Positions 11,805 through 21,570 of a stretch of 64,000 nt of DNA are shown here, piece after piece. Numbering within the stretch: position 1 is the first letter of the stretch; the number at the start of each line of letters is the position of its first letter. A model generated the notes under the pieces. The model was given only the letters and a program-made list of their open reading frames with translations. It had not been told where the DNA came from and searched no databases. Both the position numbers and the translations under genes were made by a program. The stretch is from positions 930,001 to 994,000 of the forward strand of contig OZ251244.1 in the NCBI GenBank assembly GCA_965240325.2. Direction: 5' to 3'. The stretch is from Rebecca billardiae RCC1528. Its lineage: Eukaryota; Protista; Haptophyta.

Positions 11805-14236
11805 ATGGCCACTTACGCCACTCGGACGACTCGTAGCGGGGGGGGCGACGTCGACGATCTGCTGGCGGGCGCGTCCAAGCTCGGCAGCGAGTCGCCCGAG
11901 GTGATCCGCCTGACCTTCAAGGCGCTGCACGACGTGATCAGGGCGCAGGGCGAAGCGATCAAGACGCTCGAGAGAGGTGCGCGCGCGCGCGCGCGCGGCC
12001 GCGGAGGCGGCGCGCGCGCAGGCTGACGCGCCATTCGCCGCGGGCGGCATGCCACGTTCGCTCCCCCGCCCGTGCAGCCGTCGACCAGCGCGTGACCAAG
12101 GCCGAGCTCAACTCGCTGCTTGCGACCAAGGCGAGCACCACCGACCTGAGCCGCACGGTGAGCGAGCTCGCGCGCGGCCTCGACGAGAAGGCGGACTCCG
12201 CCGAGCTCGTCGCGCTGGGCGAGCGCAAGGTGGGCAAGCACGAGCTCTCGAGTGCGGTGGCCTCGTCGGCGGAGGTCGTCAGCCTCCGCGCGGCCGTGGA
12301 AAGTGCGGCGCGCGCGCCGCTCGCGCCGCTCCACGTCGGCCCCCGCTGACGCCGCCGCGCGGTGCGCCGCGCGCCGCGCCGCCGGCACGTGCCGCGCAGC
12401 CAAAGCCAACGTGGAGGAGCTGCGCGCGCTGGGCCTCGACGGCGAGCAGCGCCGGCAGCAGCTGGAGGAGCGGCTGCTCCACGCGCTCGAGCAGAAGGCC
12501 GGGATCGCCGAGGTCGCCTCCGAGCTCGAGAGCAAGGCGGCCGTGGCTGACGTGAACGCGATGCTCGACACCAAGGCGTCGATCGCGGACGTGAACGAGT
12601 CGCTGCTGCTCAAGGCGAACAAGGCGTCGGTGATCGCCGCGCTGCAGAAGAAGGTGAGCCGCTCCGAGATCGAGGTGCTCATCGGCGCCGATCCGGACGG
12701 CGGCGACGGCGACGGCGGCGGCGTGCGCTCGCTCGGCACGTTTGGCGAGCAGGTGCGCACGCTGCAGCTGCAGCAGGCGCACGCGCGCGCGGCCGCGGAC
12801 AGCGCGAACGCGAAGCTGGGGCGGGAGCTCGCGGCGGTCTCGGCGGACGTGCGCGCGCAGCTCTCGAGCGCGCAGGTCGAGCTCGACGAGCTCTCCGCGC
12901 GCGTGCGCGAGCTGCCCACCGCCTCGGAGCACCGGCGCGCGCTGGGCTCGCGCGTCACCCTCGACGAGGTGCGCGCGCTGCTCGACGAGACGGCGCGCCG
13001 CGCGGCCGTCGAGCCGAGCGGGACGGCGGCGCTGGTGCGCGCGGTGCACGAGGAGGTGTCCGCGCTCAAGCGCGCGCTCGAGAACACGCCGACGCGCTCC
13101 GAGCTGCACTCCGCGCTCGAGGCGAAGCTCGGCGCGGGTGCGGCAGCTGCGCTCGCTGAGAGCGCGACGGCGGGCGCGGCCCACGTGCAGCTGAGCGCGG
13201 CGGTCGCGGCCAAGGCGGACAGCGCGCGTGTGGACGCGCTCGCGGCCGAGCTTGAGGCGCGGCAGGCGGCGCTCGCCGCGGAGCTCCGCGCCGAGCTCTC
13301 CGCAGCGCTCGCGCGCGCCGCCGACGCCGACGCCCTGAGCGAGCTGAGCGCGCGGATCGGCGCCAAGGCGGACGAGGCGCGCGTGGCGAGTGCCCTCGAG
13401 GGCAAGGCGAGCGCGGCCGAGCTGAACGCGCTGCTCGCGCAGGTCACGAGCCGGCTCGACTCGGCGGTGGCGGCGGCGGCGCACAGCGCGAGCGCGGGGC
13501 CCGGCGTGCACTCGGCCGCGGAGCAGGCGCTCATCCTCGAGAGCCTGTGCTCGGAGCACCTGCTCGGCCGCTGGATCTGGAAGTCCGGAAGGTGCGCCGC
13601 GTCGCGCGCGCCCAGCCAGCAGCGTCGGCTGGCTGGCTGGCTCGCAGGCAGCGCGTCGGCCGCGCGCGCGCGTGGCAGGCAGGCGGGCGGGCGGGGCGCT
13701 CACTCGGACGGCGGCGCTGCTCGCGGCTCGGCTGCCGCGGCGCCTCCCCGCGCGCCGGCCGCAGGACAAAGGCCCCGCACGGCCTCGTGCCGTGGAACGT
13801 CCAGAACATCAACACGAACCCCGAGAACTTCGGCTGGGAGAAGGATCGGTGCGGCGCGGACTGAGGCGAAAGTACGCCGCGCCGCGCCCGCGCCTGATGC
13901 GCGACTGCCCCGCGCGCCGACGCGCACGCTTGCAGGGCACACATCGCGTGTGCGGCGGGCGGCCTCTACGAGATCACCTTTGGCTTCTACACGCACCGCA
14001 AGCCCTCCGTGCAGCTGCTCGTGAATGGCGAGCCCGTCATCTCGGCGATCAACTCCGCCTCATACGCCGTGCACCACTCGAGTGGCCGGCTCGCCGCCGT
14101 GGGGCCCCACCCGGCCGGCAATGTGTCTGGGCTCACGCTGATTGACTTCCTCGCGCTGCCGCCGCGCGCACGCATCGCGATCGCCTTCAAGGGCGAGGAG
14201 GGCGCGGAGGGCTTTCTGGGGCTCAAGAAGCTGTAG
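11805..14236 (+). CDS. Coiled-coil protein with repeated KA-x motifs and C-terminal C1q/TNF-like beta domain. Exons 11805-11976, 12078-12302, 12400-13590, 13765-13848, 13936-14236
   Basis: Four GT-AG introns give a continuous frame. C-terminus reads RWIWKSG...LVPWNVQ...GLYEITFGFY...QLLVNGEPV...GFLGLKKL. The fold assignment is inferred. Confidence 0.75.
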
Positions 14237-14500
14237 CAGCTAGATAGCTCCGGGTCGTTGGCATCTGATGACGATTCATGACGCGATCAGCAGCCCGCCG
14301 CCTGCCCGCTGCCTGGCGACGCGGCGCGCGGTCGTTCGGCCGTAGTCAGTCGATCACTGACTATGGCCGAACGACACCGCGCCGCGTCGGCGGCGCGACG
14401 CTGCCGCCGCGTCACGCACTACGCAGTCTCGTCAGTCCGGCGCCGGGCCTCCGTATATGCCGTATCGTGATGTGACGATGGCGGTGCCGCACGCGTCTCG

Positions 14501-15394
14501 TCAGCGATGGGCGCGCTCATCCTTTCCCGTTGTAGTGGCGAGATCCGGCGCGAGTGTGCAGAGTGGGCGCCGCCGACTCGTGTCCAGGACGAACTCAGCC
14601 AGCTCGACTGCATGCGCGCTGGAGGCGAACGCGGCACGCACGGCCTGAGCGCGCTCGGCAGTGGCCTCCGCTGGCTCGGTGGGCGCCGCCGCGAGGCACG
14701 AGCCCTGGCCGCCGAAGATACGGCGGAAGGCCTGCAGCAGGGCCTTAATTTCCGCCCGCGCGACACCTCGCCGCCGCAGGCCGACAAGGTTGAGGCCGCG
14801 CAGCGAGGCGCGATTGCCCACGGCCATGCAGAACGGGCCCACGTCACGCTCGACGATGCTACCCCCGCCGATGATCGCGCCGCGACCGATGGTGACGTAC
14901 TGGTGCACGGCGCTTTGCCCGCCGACGATCGTCTGCGAGCCCACACGCACGTGGCCGGCCAGCAGCGTGGCGTTGGCCACGATAACGTCATCGCCCAGCC
15001 AGCAGTCGTGGGCGACATGCGCGCCGCCCATCAGCAGGCATCGGTTCCCGACGCGCGTGACGCTGCCGCCGGCGAGAGTGCCCGTGTGCACGGTCGCGTG
15101 CTCGCGCACCACGCAGTGTGCACCGATCTCGAGCCGCGTCGCCTCGCCCATGTGCTTCTTGTCCTGTGGCGGCAGGCCAACGCATGCAAACGGGTAGATC
15201 ACGCTGTGCGCGCCAATTGTGCTCTCGCCCGCGAGGTGCGCGCTGGCGACGAGGCGTACGCCATCGTCGAGGCGCACGCCCGGGCCGACGATGCTCTGCG
15301 GTCCGACGTGTGAGCCTGCGCCCAGTGCCGCGCCCGGTTGCACGATTGCAGTTGGATGTACGTACGGGGCGACGCGCCCAGCCAGACCCGCCAT
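14501..15394 (-). CDS. lpxA: Acyl-ACP--UDP-N-acetylglucosamine O-acyltransferase (LpxA); intronless
   Basis: Hexapeptide left-handed beta-helix (VHPTAIV...) with LpxA motifs PQDKK, REHATVHTGT, HVAHDC, VHQY and GLNLVGLRRRG. Confidence 0.92.
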   Translation of the reverse strand: MAGLAGRVAPYVHPTAIVQPGAALGAGSHVGPQSIVGPGVRLDDGVRLVASAHLAGESTIGAHSVIYPFACVGLPPQDKKHMGEATRLEIGAHCVVREHATVHTGTLAGGSVTRVGNRCLLMGGAHVAHDCWLGDDVIVANATLLAGHVRVGSQTIVGGQSAVHQYVTIGRGAIIGGGSIVERDVGPFCMAVGNRASLRGLNLVGLRRRGVARAEIKALLQAFRRIFGGQGSCLAAAPTEPAEATAERAQAVRAAFASSAHAVELAEFVLDTSRRRPLCTLAPDLATTTGKDERAHR

Positions 15395-16636
15395 CGTACT
15401 GTACGGGTGTGTAGACACTGTGTACTTGTACTCCGTACTGTACCATACTGGGGACATACAGTATCTCTTTGGTGGCAGTAGGGTTTCGTGCATGGCGGCG
15501 CTTCGAGCCTCCGCCGCGAGGCATAGAAGCTGGTGCGTCGGTGGGGATCTTGCTGGGCATGTTGCGCATGATGCATTGTACCCTCACCGTGGCCCTCGTC
15601 TCGTTGTCCACCGGGTTGCGGCCTGCACAATGCACGCGGTCGTGCGCGGCGCCGGGCAAACGTCTGCGTGAGCCGCGCAGCATCCGCATGCCGCTTCCGT
15701 CGACTCTGCTGAGGTACTTTGTGGGTGCGTTGTGTGAGGGAGGCTGTGAGACGTGTCGCTGGTCCCCTCCGGATAGCTGCTAAGGTGCGTCTCGACCAAT
15801 GCAGACGTGGATGCTGTGTTCATTGCGTTTGCCGTGAATCTGCTGTCGTGCCGTGCTCTCACACGGGTAGTCCGTGGCGGCTGCACGGCACCATTCAAAG
15901 TGCACTACTACAGTCAGGCGCGGGGCAGCTTGTATCCTCATGTAGTTCAGTCACCCCAGTCCACATCCGAGTCGCCCAATGCATCACTACGGCCTCGGTG
16001 CGGATGTGACATGTCACGGTCGCGGTCGCACTGTGACGACATGCAGCACGGCTGCCCCGCCGTTGTCCGCGGAGCACATCTGAGTCGACCTACAGGCAGA
16101 GAAGGGGTTGCCGCCGCATTGGGGCACCCACAGGCCACGCTGGGGCCATCGGCATCGAGTCGCAGCACGCGCATGGGCTGGCATTAGCTCGCTTGAGGTG
16201 TGCTGAAAGTGAAGCCCTCCCCGCTGGCGCACCGGCCGGCACGCGGGCTCGGCGCTCGCAGCGGCATCCCGCCGCTGACCCCCGGACCGCGGGCGTCAGA
16301 GTCGGAGTGACGAGTCCGCACCCGGGCGCACCCTGCCCGGCCGACGCCAGCCCCGCGCCCGCGCGGCCCCGCCGGCCCGGTCTCCCGAGTCCCGGGCCGC
16401 AGCCGTCGGGCGGTGTGGGCACACGCACCGACAGCCAGCGGCGGCCCACGGGCACGGCCACGCCGGCCGGGGCGTCCGGTACTCGTGACCATGATGTGAC
16501 ATCTTGATCCGTATATATTCTGCCGACGATATCAGTGACGGGCCCAGGCCGCCGCGCCGGCGGATGGCATCATCACTACGATGATGATGCGCGTCGAAGG
16601 CAACTGTCGTCGAAGGCCAAGGGACGGTGGACTGTT

Positions 16637-17803
16637 TCATTCCGAGCTGGAGTTTTCAGCACGGTGGCGGGGGCCGTGTTGAGCTCGCGCGAGTGGCAGA
16701 GTGCGCTGCTGCTTTATTGCATGCGCGCTCGGCGCTCGTCGTTCGAGCGTCGACTGATGCTGCTTCTGCACCTTCAGCTCCCGAGCGAGGTCAGATAAGC
16801 ACCTGGCGAAGAGCTCCTCCAGGGCATCTCCTGCCGCCAGAGGGGACATGTTGACGTGCGACCATGCCGGAGGCCGGTGCTGCTGCAGCCATCGCACCCC
16901 GAACTGGTTTTTGAGCGCGTAGCCAAACGTGCGCCCAAACCCAGCACACTCACGCGGGGTGAAGCTGCTGAGTGGGTGCACGCGTGCAGCAGGTGTGCCG
17001 TGCGGGCACCCTCCCATGCCCACCGACCACCGCTGCACGCCCGCGCTAAGCATCTCCGTCGCGAGGAGCAGGTCGTCGTCCCAGTTGTGCGGCCCACCAG
17101 GCACCTCGCGCACCAACGCGTCCAGCCGGCTCGCGTTGATGTCTCCGCGCCAGAATGCAACGCCACAGCCGCCGTGAAGCACGTCTGCGACGCGCGCACA
17201 GCCCTCGCGCAGGCGGCGGGTATACAACGTAGTCCCGCTGTGAGTGTCAGCACATTGCGCTGTCATCTGCTCGGCACACGACCGATTCTCGCTCCCGCGG
17301 CAGAGGCGATGCCGTGCAATGTCGCGCGCAAAGATGGTGCCCGAGCCGCCGACAGCATGTCCACGTCCGCGCGTCGTGAGCGCATCCACCAGCACCCTTG
17401 CAAACGACGGCGGAAATTGCTTGTCGTCATCCACGACCAGCACCACGGTCGTGGGCTCGCGCTCCACGCGCAGAGTGCGCAGGTACTTGTCGGCCGGTCC
17501 GGTGTCCTCGGTGAGCTTGAGGCGGTGGAGATGCACGCGCCCGCGACCAGCGCGGACGGCGGCGAGCAAAGCGGCGGACGGCTCCGGCGGTGTCGTCAGA
17601 TTGAATTTCAAGCTCCCCCCCAGGGTGACGTGGATGGTGTCGAGGGCCGGCTGCTGCCTCAGGAGGCTCGCAATGGAGGCTGAGGGGTCCCGGCCCGGAA
17701 TGGTGCCTAGCGTGGCAACAACGCGAGTCGGGGCGCTGGCGCTGGAGTGATGCAGCCGTGCGGCGTCCTTTCCAGCCCATGCCACCGGAAGCAGGCACCA
17801 CAT
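16637..17803 (-). CDS. Putative GT-A fold glycosyltransferase, likely secreted
   Basis: Motifs DTGPADKY, VLVVDDD (DxD), GGCGVAF and DDDLLL typical of GT2-like/GT-A enzymes; short hydrophobic N-terminus. Confidence 0.65.
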   Translation of the reverse strand: MWCLLPVAWAGKDAARLHHSSASAPTRVVATLGTIPGRDPSASIASLLRQQPALDTIHVTLGGSLKFNLTTPPEPSAALLAAVRAGRGRVHLHRLKLTEDTGPADKYLRTLRVEREPTTVVLVVDDDKQFPPSFARVLVDALTTRGRGHAVGGSGTIFARDIARHRLCRGSENRSCAEQMTAQCADTHSGTTLYTRRLREGCARVADVLHGGCGVAFWRGDINASRLDALVREVPGGPHNWDDDLLLATEMLSAGVQRWSVGMGGCPHGTPAARVHPLSSFTPRECAGFGRTFGYALKNQFGVRWLQQHRPPAWSHVNMSPLAAGDALEELFARCLSDLARELKVQKQHQSTLERRAPSAHAIKQQRTLPLARAQHGPRHRAENSSSE

Positions 17804-19214
17804 ACTGTAACCACGACAGCACGATCAGTTCATCGTGCGGGCGAGCACCGCTGTGAGCCACGAAGGGCCGATCGGGATGGCCGACACGACGGGTCGAGTG
17901 GCGCACTCTGAACCAGTGAATCACGGCAAGTCAGCATAAAGACTGGCCGCGGATGGACCTCAGGATGGAGGCCGTTTTGAACGCGCTCGCGCGCGGCGAG
18001 GTGAAGCGTGCAGGGGCGTTAGGCGCTGTGGGCCCCTCGAGGGCGTCAAGATGGACCGCGCCCAAGCGGATGTCGCCCCCTGGAGCGGCCTCTCCGCGCC
18101 GTGCGAGGCCGCGGCGCGCGGGCGGTACACGACCTCCTGTCTGACGGCCGAAGGTACGAGTGGTCGGCTCCCACTGCGCCTGCCAGAGTGCCAGCGGGCG
18201 AAGTCAGCGGCAGAGCGGCCGGGAGCGCCGCCATTTCCGCAAACGTGGCAAAATGTTTATTTTCGTGCAGTTTTGCGGGCAACGACCACTCGTACCTCGG
18301 GCCGTCAGGAAAAGCTATGGGAGTGTCGCCACATCGGCCAGTCTTTATGTCCGCCATGGTCCGTTGTCAACGCCTGGGCCTGCCACGCGAGATTTACGCG
18401 ACACCCCCACGGCCGTACTGTAGACGCCGATTCGTCGCCGCTGAGCGGCTTGGGCTGGTCGCGAATGCTCTTGAGGGTGTCACTGCACTCCGGGCGCGAC
18501 GTCATCTCATCACCTGCGCGCGGAAGACACCCGAGTCGACGACGGCGCCCGGGCAGGCCGCAGAGTTCATCACGTGAATTTTGTGCGACGCCCCCTGGGC
18601 GGGCATTTGGTCAAGTGCACTCGTTCGCGGTCCGGTGCACTTGCCAGCGGCTCCATGGTTGTCACTGCACTCCGCGTTCCCCTCCCCGCGCCCGTATCCG
18701 ACGCCGACGGGCCGTCCGACCACGCCGTGCCGGCGCCAGCGCGCGCGCCTCGAGATGCTGCTCGGCCAGATGAGAACCCACGTCGCCAAGATGTTTCAGA
18801 CTCCACACACGTTTATGATACTACATATGCCCACGCCCCGGTGTACGAGTCGGCGTACACTCGGCGTACAGTACAGCAGCTACGAGTCCCGCACTGCGGC
18901 CGGGCCGAGTGGCCGCTGTGGCCGGGCGTGATCACGACTTCACAAAGTAGTAGATGGCAACTTAGTATTTAAGGAAGGCTTTTACTCTGCGCTGAATAGT
19001 CGTCTGATGAATCGTCGGCCACTCTTGGCGGCTCGAGAAGCTCGATCGCCCCCCAGCCGCGCCCCGGACCGACGGCACGGCCCGGCATCTCCCGGCCCCG
19101 GGCCGGTCCGCACGGCCACGTGACCACCAAATAACGGACAGACGGTTCGCGGACCGCTACTGATCGTCTGCTGACTCAGAGACAGTATATATAGAGAGAG
19201 TCACCGCGTCGTGG

Positions 19215-20186
19215 TCACCGCGTCGTGGCGGCGGCGCGTAGCGGGACCGGCTGCAGGACACGCTTCAGAAGGAACCGCTCCGCGTGATCCACCTGAGCTC
19301 GCACCTCCGCGTCGAGCTCCAAGCATCGCCCCGACGCAATCGCAGGAGGGCAAACCTTTCGCCTGGGCTTCTTGACACCGACTTTGCTGAAGGTGCGCTG
19401 TGTAAGAGGCGGCTTGACGCCGTACCGCTGGAACAGCTCCGTGATGCCGTCCTGGAGCGCGGTCATCTCCACGAGCCACTCGGCTCGCCAGACGTAGGCC
19501 CACTGCGGCACTTGGTGGCAACCGTTCAGGCCGTGCCGTGTCAGGTTCCATTTCTCGAGCTCCGTCGGACCCCCAGCCAGCACCCGGTCGTACGTTGTCG
19601 CGTCGGCACCGTCGACTGCTGCTGCTTCTGTTTCAGCGGCCTCGAGCAAATCCATCAGGATGCCGCGCACTCGCAGATATCCGCGCGCGATCCTGGAGAA
19701 TTCGTCACACATGTACGTCTCATTGTGCTTCTTCGTGCTGTTCAGGAACCTCATCAATTGCGGCTTCAGGTAGCACACATCGCTGATGAGGCGCTGCCCG
19801 GGCTCGCGCACAATGGCGAATGAGTCGGGGACGTACGCGGCAGGGGGGTCGTGCTGCTTCCAGCAGTGCGTGCCGCCGTGGTGCGACGGGTAGGAGTAGT
19901 GGCTGTCGACCTTTCCATCCGTGTCGTATGGTTTGAGCAGGGTCTCTGCCGTCGAGCCGCCATTCTTCGGGATATGGAAGAATGTGAGCATGCCCCTTGT
20001 GCGCTCACCGCCGCCGAGGGGCGGATTTGCCCGGTGCCACAGCCGACCGCCGTTGCTGTACGTGCGCACCACCTCAAATCTTGGCTGCTCCCTTCCCGCG
20101 TGCGCTGTCGCCATAAGGACGGCGGTCGCCACGAGGTGGTGCGCGACGCCGCATGCCGCTGCGCGCGACCGATGTCCCGCCGCCAT
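19215..20186 (-). CDS. Golgi-type sulfotransferase (Sulfotransfer_2 family) with signal peptide
   Basis: 5'-PSB motif FFHIPKNGGST, 3'-PB motif IVREPGQRLIS, and HQVPQWAYV; start MAAGHRS followed by a hydrophobic stretch. Confidence 0.82.
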   Translation of the reverse strand: MAAGHRSRAAACGVAHHLVATAVLMATAHAGREQPRFEVVRTYSNGGRLWHRANPPLGGGERTRGMLTFFHIPKNGGSTAETLLKPYDTDGKVDSHYSYPSHHGGTHCWKQHDPPAAYVPDSFAIVREPGQRLISDVCYLKPQLMRFLNSTKKHNETYMCDEFSRIARGYLRVRGILMDLLEAAETEAAAVDGADATTYDRVLAGGPTELEKWNLTRHGLNGCHQVPQWAYVWRAEWLVEMTALQDGITELFQRYGVKPPLTQRTFSKVGVKKPRRKVCPPAIASGRCLELDAEVRAQVDHAERFLLKRVLQPVPLRAAATTR

Positions 20187-20319
20187 GGGACCGAGGCCAG
20201 CAAGACTGCAAGAGCGACTAAAAATCGGTTCCTCGCGGTTTGCCTCGGGCTGCAACCGGACAACCGGGTGGCTCGCTCGCCGTGCGTCCTTGGCCGGCTC
20301 CCGACCGCGTGAGGCCGAC

Positions 20320-21303
20320 ATGATGAGCTCGCTCAACTCGCCGCCAATCGTGGCCGCGGCCGGCGCCGCCGCGATCATCGGCCTTCCATTCGCGGCGCCG
20401 GTCGTCGCCGCGGCACCCCTCGCGCTCCTACGCGCGATGAACATCGCGGCCTTTGGGTTGAATGTCGCCGCGGTGTCCGTCCCGGGTCGTCTGGACAGCG
20501 AAGTGGCGCGCCAGATGCTCGACGCGGAGGGCGACGGCGCGGAGGGCGATGGCGCGCCCCTCGTCCAGGGCGACAGCGCGCGCGCGGGCTCAGCCGAGGC
20601 GAGCGCGTACACGCCCACGCGAGGGCGCACGCTCGTGATGCCCTCCGGCTGGGCCTTCGCCATCTGGGGCCCGATCTACGTCGGCGAGGCCCTGCTGATG
20701 GGCGCGCAGTGCCTGGACGTCCCTCCGCTCGCGGCGGCGCTGCCGCAGCTCACGGCGCCGTTCGTCGCGGCGAATGTGTGCCAGAGCCTGTGGTGCGCGG
20801 CGTTCCGCCCGTCCTACTCGAGCGGATGGCACAAGTACGTCTCCGTCGCCATGCTCGGCGGCACGGCGTTCAGCCTCGCGCATGCTCATGCCGTGTGCCC
20901 GCCCGCGCTGGCGGCGGCACCCTACTTCGTGCCGCTCACGATGCACTGGGGGTGGACGACGGCGGCGACGCTGGTCAACCTGAACGGCTCGATCGCCATG
21001 GACGCTGCTGCCTCAGACAAGCTCGTCGTCGGCGCCGGGCACGCCTCAGCGCTGGCGGCAGGCGCGCTCGGCGTCGGCCTGACGATGAGCTTCGGAGCGC
21101 CCGTGTATGGCCTGACGGTGGCGTGGGCGCTCGTGGCGTGCGCTGACGGCATGCAGAAGCGGCTTGTCAGCGCGGTGGCGAGTCCCGCCGCCGCGGAGCG
21201 CGACGTGATGCTCGTGCGTGCGGCGCGCGTGCAGAAGCGGCTCTGCCAAGCGGGCGCCACGCTGTGCGTCGTCGCCTCTGGCTGCGCCATGTACTGGCGA
21301 TGA
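20320..21303 (+). CDS. Multi-pass membrane protein, TspO/MBR-related
   Basis: PSGWAFAIWGPIY, QSLW and MHWGWTTAATLVN motifs with several hydrophobic helices. Confidence 0.7.
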   Translation: MMSSLNSPPIVAAAGAAAIIGLPFAAPVVAAAPLALLRAMNIAAFGLNVAAVSVPGRLDSEVARQMLDAEGDGAEGDGAPLVQGDSARAGSAEASAYTPTRGRTLVMPSGWAFAIWGPIYVGEALLMGAQCLDVPPLAAALPQLTAPFVAANVCQSLWCAAFRPSYSSGWHKYVSVAMLGGTAFSLAHAHAVCPPALAAAPYFVPLTMHWGWTTAATLVNLNGSIAMDAAASDKLVVGAGHASALAAGALGVGLTMSFGAPVYGLTVAWALVACADGMQKRLVSAVASPAAAERDVMLVRAARVQKRLCQAGATLCVVASGCAMYWR

Positions 21304-21570
21304 TCGATATGCTGATGAGCAAAATAATGACGAGCGCATGATGCCGCTGCTGATGATCATCAGCAGCGCATGCTGCTGATGAGATGACTGTCGTCATGCG
21401 CAGTGACGATGATGATGCGACCGCCGCGGACTGAGTCACGACAGTATCGCCGCGAGGCGGCCGCAGCCCTCATCCAGGCCTCGCAGGCGGACGGCTGAAC
21501 GAATTTTTCCGGCGGCGCTACCATCGGCGACGGCTTCATGGGCGGTGACAGTTGGCGGGCGTCAATCTCG

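Noticed and set aside
15470-16500. Short ORFs between lpxA and the glycosyltransferase
   Set aside because: No recognisable motifs, coding bias or consistent splice pattern.
17950-18970. ORFs 18046-18357(-) and 18051-18773(+)
   Set aside because: No family motif; possibly a gene remnant but cannot be supported from sequence alone.
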